The notes beneath the pieces are model-generated. The model searched no databases. It was not told where the DNA came from and was given only the letters and a program-made list of their open reading frames with translations. This document shows, one piece after another, positions 58,982-64,000 of a stretch of 64,000 bases of DNA. Position numbers and translations under genes: made by a program. The stretch lies in NCBI RefSeq assembly GCF_000143415.4, contig NW_003314291.1, positions 1,654,517 to 1,718,516 of the forward strand. The letters run 5' to 3'. This stretch comes from Selaginella moellendorffii. Lineage: Eukaryota > Plantae > Lycopodiophyta. Position 1 is the stretch's first letter. Each line of letters begins with the position of its first letter.

Positions 58982-61900
58982 TGTAAGCGACTAAATTTTC
59001 CATTCTACTTTAGTCACTTAACCACAACTCCAACTACTTGGAGGAGTCTCACTCACAACCTCCGTATGTCCTGTTTTGGACTTAGGGACTTGCTAGCCCC
59101 AAGAATGGCATCCATGCCACTCAACCATTGCACTTGGTCCAAGTGCTCCACATGTCTGATCCCATGACCAACACCCCAAGGTACCACCGATATATCCGCC
59201 CGTTACACTAAGGCCATGCCCATTCACCTTAGTCACACCGGTGGTCTGACACCACCTACATCATAGTCCCATCTCTCAAAAACTAAGTCATCCATCCATG
59301 AGTGGTCATCCCAGATCCACTCTTTAACATCCTTAAGATGCCCGCAGACATGGGGAATAGCCTTCCCCAATATCCCTTTTCTAGTCCCCACCAAGTCCCT
59401 TTCTATCCATGGTCATGTTCGCCAACACTGCTACTGGATCAAGGCCCACAGGCACGACCACTAAGTCCCATGGTCCTCTGGAACTTCCTCACCACATGAC
59501 TGTATCCTTAGTCACTACACTAGAGGACCACTCCTCTTCCTTTCCATAATCTGGGCCCTTGGGACAACATTTTGGAACACCGTGGCCCTATGCGAGCCTC
59601 ATGGGTACTCTCCCTGTCTTCCGCCTTTGGGTGCTCTACCTTTGGGCTTAGAGCGAGGTTCCATTGAACCACGCCAGGTATCCAAGTAGGTAGTGCCAAC
59701 CACACTTGGACTGGGAGCATCGACCATTCGATCTCCCAAAGGAACTAAAGCTGACTCTTGAATATTTCAAGGTATTTCAAAGACTCTTGAATACCCCACT
59801 CATCTGTCCGTATTCACTCTAGTCTTGGACTTCCCAGTGGTCAGCTCATCACCTAACACCTGGGTACAGCCTTCTTGGGCCAAACTGGCATTTTCTGGCC
59901 AAACTGACCTTTCCTGGCCAAACTAGCTCCATTGGGCTCCAATCCCCACACTCTCCCTACTATACTTTTGGAACCCCCTGGAGGCCCCCCCCCCCAATTG
60001 CTTTGGGCTTCCACCCAACTGCCTGTATTAGTATTTGGACTCGGACTCGGACTCGGTCTCGGACTCAAACTTGGACTCAGTCTCTCGGTCTCGGTCTCGA
60101 TTCCATCTCGGACTCCATCTCGAACTCCATCTCAGGTCCATCTTGGACTCCATCTCGGGTCCATCTCGGACTCCATTTCGGGTCTATCTTAGGTCCATCT
60201 CGGACTCTATCTCAGACTCCATCTCAGGTCCATCTCAGACTCCATCTCAGGTCCATCTCAGACTCCATCTCAGGTCCATCTCAGACTCCATCTCGGGTCC
60301 ATCTCGGACTCCATCTCGGGTCCATCTCAGGTCCATCTCAGACTCCATCTTAGGTCCATCTCGGACTCCATCTTGGGTCCGTCTCAAACTCCATCTTGGG
60401 TCCATCTTAGACTCCATCTTAGACTCCATCTCGGACTCTATCTCGGGTCCATCTCGGGTCTATCTCGGACTCCATCTAGAACTCCATCTCGGATCCATCT
60501 TAGACTCCTTCTCGGACTCCATCTCAGACACTTCCACGTGTCATGTTTTGGTCCTCTTGTGTCCCCTTTTCTAGAGACTCACTCATGGCTCGTTTTGTGC
60601 TTGTTCCTCAAGCACTTCGTTAGGAGTTCCACTCCCACTCTTGACTTTTCAAGTTGGAGCTTTTAGTCCAAACGTGTTACGCTCATTTGGCTTTTGCTTC
60701 GGCCACTATCACATGGCACTCTTTCAGCTCCACTTTGGGGCCTAGGAATTTTATGTCTCACAACTCCACCACCCATAGACGAAGTTCGATGTCCTCATCG
60801 AACGATAAACCATTTTATGAAGTAATATCAGCATGTATTATGCTTTCCATTTTTGGCACCTAGCCAATATTCGTCAATGGTTTGACACCATCCTTTTAAG
60901 GAGTATATTCTCTCCAACATAGAGACTCATTTGACCACTTGTGGTGGTTCTCTCCTTTTATTGGTTTAGTTCTTGCTAAACCCCTTAAAGACACCTTCTT
61001 TATTTGAATCCCACTACTCATTTTCAAGTAATCTTAGTTTTTATCAATATAACTTTTGCATTTTTGGAACTCTTAATTTTGACTTCTTAGAGTCAATTTT
61101 CTAGGTATCTCCGACACCTTATATTGTACATATTGTGCAACTCCATTTCCCCATCCTAAGAAGTTCTCTACTTGAGGGAACCATCATCCTCTCTTCTATT
61201 TTGTGCCACCTTTGGCACTAAGTTTCAGTTATCGTAATTTGTGCTAAAATTGTCCACGGCCCTATTATTTAGCTACCTTACTACTCCCTCTCTTGGAGCT
61301 TCCACTTTCGCCAAATTGGAGCAATTAGGAATCTATCCTTGGAAACACATTGCCTTTTCCACAATCCGTTAGCACCCAACACATTAGTGTTCTTGCCCTA
61401 ACTTTGCCATTTGGGTTATTTCCCATGATTCCCATGGCTCTTTTCTTCGCTATAGTCTTTTGCTCTTATCCTTGATTGTTACACTTAGTAACATAGGATT
61501 ATTACCTTCATTCTCGAGGTATCCTTTCGGTTTTATAGCAAAGACTTTGCTTTGCCAAGTCTAGCAGGTGTTCACCCCTAGTACGTCTCTTTATCATTTT
61601 TTGTTGTGGGCTCTATCCACGGCCCAACTTTATGACCCTCCCATGGGTCTCTTATAAAGACTACTTATTTCCCTTAGACGTTCTTCCCACTTGGTCACCT
61701 TGACCGAGCCACACCATCATCAATAGTTCAAATCAACACTTTGAATTAAGAACCGTCTTCCTTAACCTCACAAGGACCTTGTCTTTGTTTTAGCTATAAG
61801 ACCACCTAGTGATCTAACCTTGGTCACTTTAACAGATTTGCTAATAAGTACTAGGTTTTCCAGACCTTTAATTTGTTGGGCATGACCCCGGGGGCATCCC

Positions 61901-64000
61901 TCACACTTGGCGTTGCACCCAAGCTAGCCCTTCAAGCCAAGGGTCCATAGCCACTGAGACTGGGTGTCCCCATCTCATTCACCACATCCTTGGTGCCACT
62001 CGCACCAAAATGTTCAAGTTAGATATGCCAAGCCACACTAAGCAATCTCACTGTGCATCACGACTCCAGGGCATCCCTCACTTAGCGGTGTGCCCAAGCT
62101 AGTCTCTTTACTGAGAGTCTATAACCACCGAAAAATGAGTGTCCTCATATTCCAAACCATCACTACGCCCTAGTGAGTTGGGACTCGAACCCAAGCACTA
62201 GAGGGTTGGGACTCGAACCCAACCTTCGTATATGCATCTACAGACATCATCACCCAAGATGCCTGGCGTGACTCCCCACACTGGTGCACCAACTTATGCT
62301 CAAAGTGTGCTATAGATCACAGTTTAGGAACCTAGTTCCTCCACACTGCCAAGTCCTTTCACTCGACAAGTCTGTGATCATGTATGGACTCCTCCATGCT
62401 TGGCCCCATAGGCCACCCCTATTAAAGTTAGCACCTTCAACTAGGGGGTTTGTTCCCTTGACTTGCCAATCTCGCTTCGCAAGTCATCCAACTAACATAA
62501 CATGGTTTTATGCATAAGTGTGAAAGTCTTTGACAATCAACTTTCATTCAAAACCATCATTTTAAACACTCAGGGATTGCTTCCCCAACGTTGATAGCAT
62601 TGCTTCATGGCAAGCTTCAAGACCACGTTTCTATTGTTCTATTCTGATTTCGCACGTTCTATGAATCATTTACCCTTGGCTTTCTAAGTACTAAGCTATT
62701 TAGAATTGTCTTTGGGAACCTTGAAGGAACTTTGTCTTTTAACTTACTAAGGCCTCTCATTTCGCAAGCTTTTTAATTGCCATGCTTTAGACTCTCCCTG
62801 GCATCATGGTTGCTAGTAACAACATACTTGAGCGTTCACTTGATTCTCCACTCTCAATTGACATAACCACCTCTAGTTATACTCTTCGATTCCTATGGTT
62901 TGGTTTTATCCCCTTACTACTTGTTTTTAGCCTCACATCTTTCCTTTGGTTATTCTCCTCCAGACTAGGGGGATAGCTTTGCACTTTCTACCATGCCTTA
63001 GCAAATATTCTTAGGGATGAACCTACCCGATAGCTTAGGGAGTGATTCCTCAATCCGGATATACTCATCTTATAATCCCACACACCGGGATTAACATTGC
63101 TACTTATAGGCCTTTATATGCCCATCACTAGCCTTGCTAAAATTCTATTTTTGGCTTTGTTTAATTCGGGTAAACGGTCTTCTCCCATCTCTGCAACTTT
63201 GGATGTTTTGATAGCACCTTCTATCCATCATTTGCTAGGGACTTAGTCCCTTGGGCCTTATCTATTGCCCTTGCAACACTAAACACCACCTCCTAGTATT
63301 CTAGAGTGTTTGGGTGTCCTAATAATGGCCTCTTTGACAGTGAGCATTCCCTTTTATAACATTGACTTACTATATCGCAACATAAGCAATTTATCCCCTA
63401 TAAAGGTATATTTAACTTTCTTATGCCAGAAGTTTTGGGTAGCTACCTTTTACCAGTTTAATCAATTATTTTGCACCTTTTGCTTAGTTGCTTCATCGTT
63501 GTCAAGTTTTACAACTCATTGCTGGTGCTTCCACACCTCTATCATTATTTGGGTCACCACACTCCAATTGCATGCTTTCTAGCTTAAGCTATGCCATTCC
63601 CATTTCCATTAGGATTCCTTTGGGGAAGGGGTTCTCGTGAATTCGCCAACTCACCTTAAGGCATCACGCCTTGGCACATTTGGTGTTTCCACACTATTGG
63701 CTCCACGAGCCTACCTTTATGACACTTTTTACTTGTGTCTAGATCCTTGCCAAAACCAATACAATTCTTTCTCATGCCAACTATCAATTAGCACGGCACT
63801 ATAGTATTCACACACAACTCTGTGCCAAAGTTGCTTTTTTGTGGGAACACCTTTCTCACGATTTTAGTATGGCATATTCTGCCATCGATGAGATACCCAT
63901 TGTTCTCGTACTTGGATCTTATGATCCTCCCCAACCTTCGTGGGGCACAACACACCTTAATCCAAATGTTTTTTACCAATCCCTTAAGACCATTCCTTGA
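58982..64000 (-). mobile_element. Older family A element: 3' LTR 58982-60762 plus internal region running off the window
   Basis: TGTAAGCGAC...TGTCTCACA LTR; internal region colinear with 20680-24080 but more diverged. Confidence 0.85.

Overview
Repeat-dense eukaryotic DNA, almost certainly from a land plant (TTTAGGG telo-boxes, tRNA-iMet PBS, chromovirus Gypsy, CG/CHG C>T decay, very short 47-65 nt introns). No ordinary host gene is recognisable. The main content is two near-identical, inversely oriented copies (62-15442 and 25730-37343) of a ~13.5 kb TIR DNA transposon with 24-bp TIRs and two divergent spliced genes. Gene 1 is a Sola1-like DDD/E transposase with extra N- and C-terminal domains. 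Gene 2 can be reconstructed across 9 short introns as a ~1,600-aa protein: ParB/Srx-like domain, degenerate amino-methyltransferase-like fold, acidic linker, and FCP1/SCP-type HAD phosphatase. About 30 copies of a 22-bp imperfect palindrome (ATGGCRTGWGGCCWCAYGCCAT) are spread across the element, in introns, UTRs and even coding exons, and I did not find it outside the element. This suggests a parS/ParB-like or VANC-like self-recognition system carried by a eukaryotic transposon (hypothesis). The rest of the window is nested LTR retrotransposons. Family B is a chromovirus whose integrase gene contains spliceosomal introns, one of them precisely absent from the second copy. Family A is apparently non-coding and includes several solo LTRs with clear TSDs. 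Junction analysis suggests that the segment between the two DNA-transposon copies is inverted. All domain calls are by eye from motifs; no database search was run.
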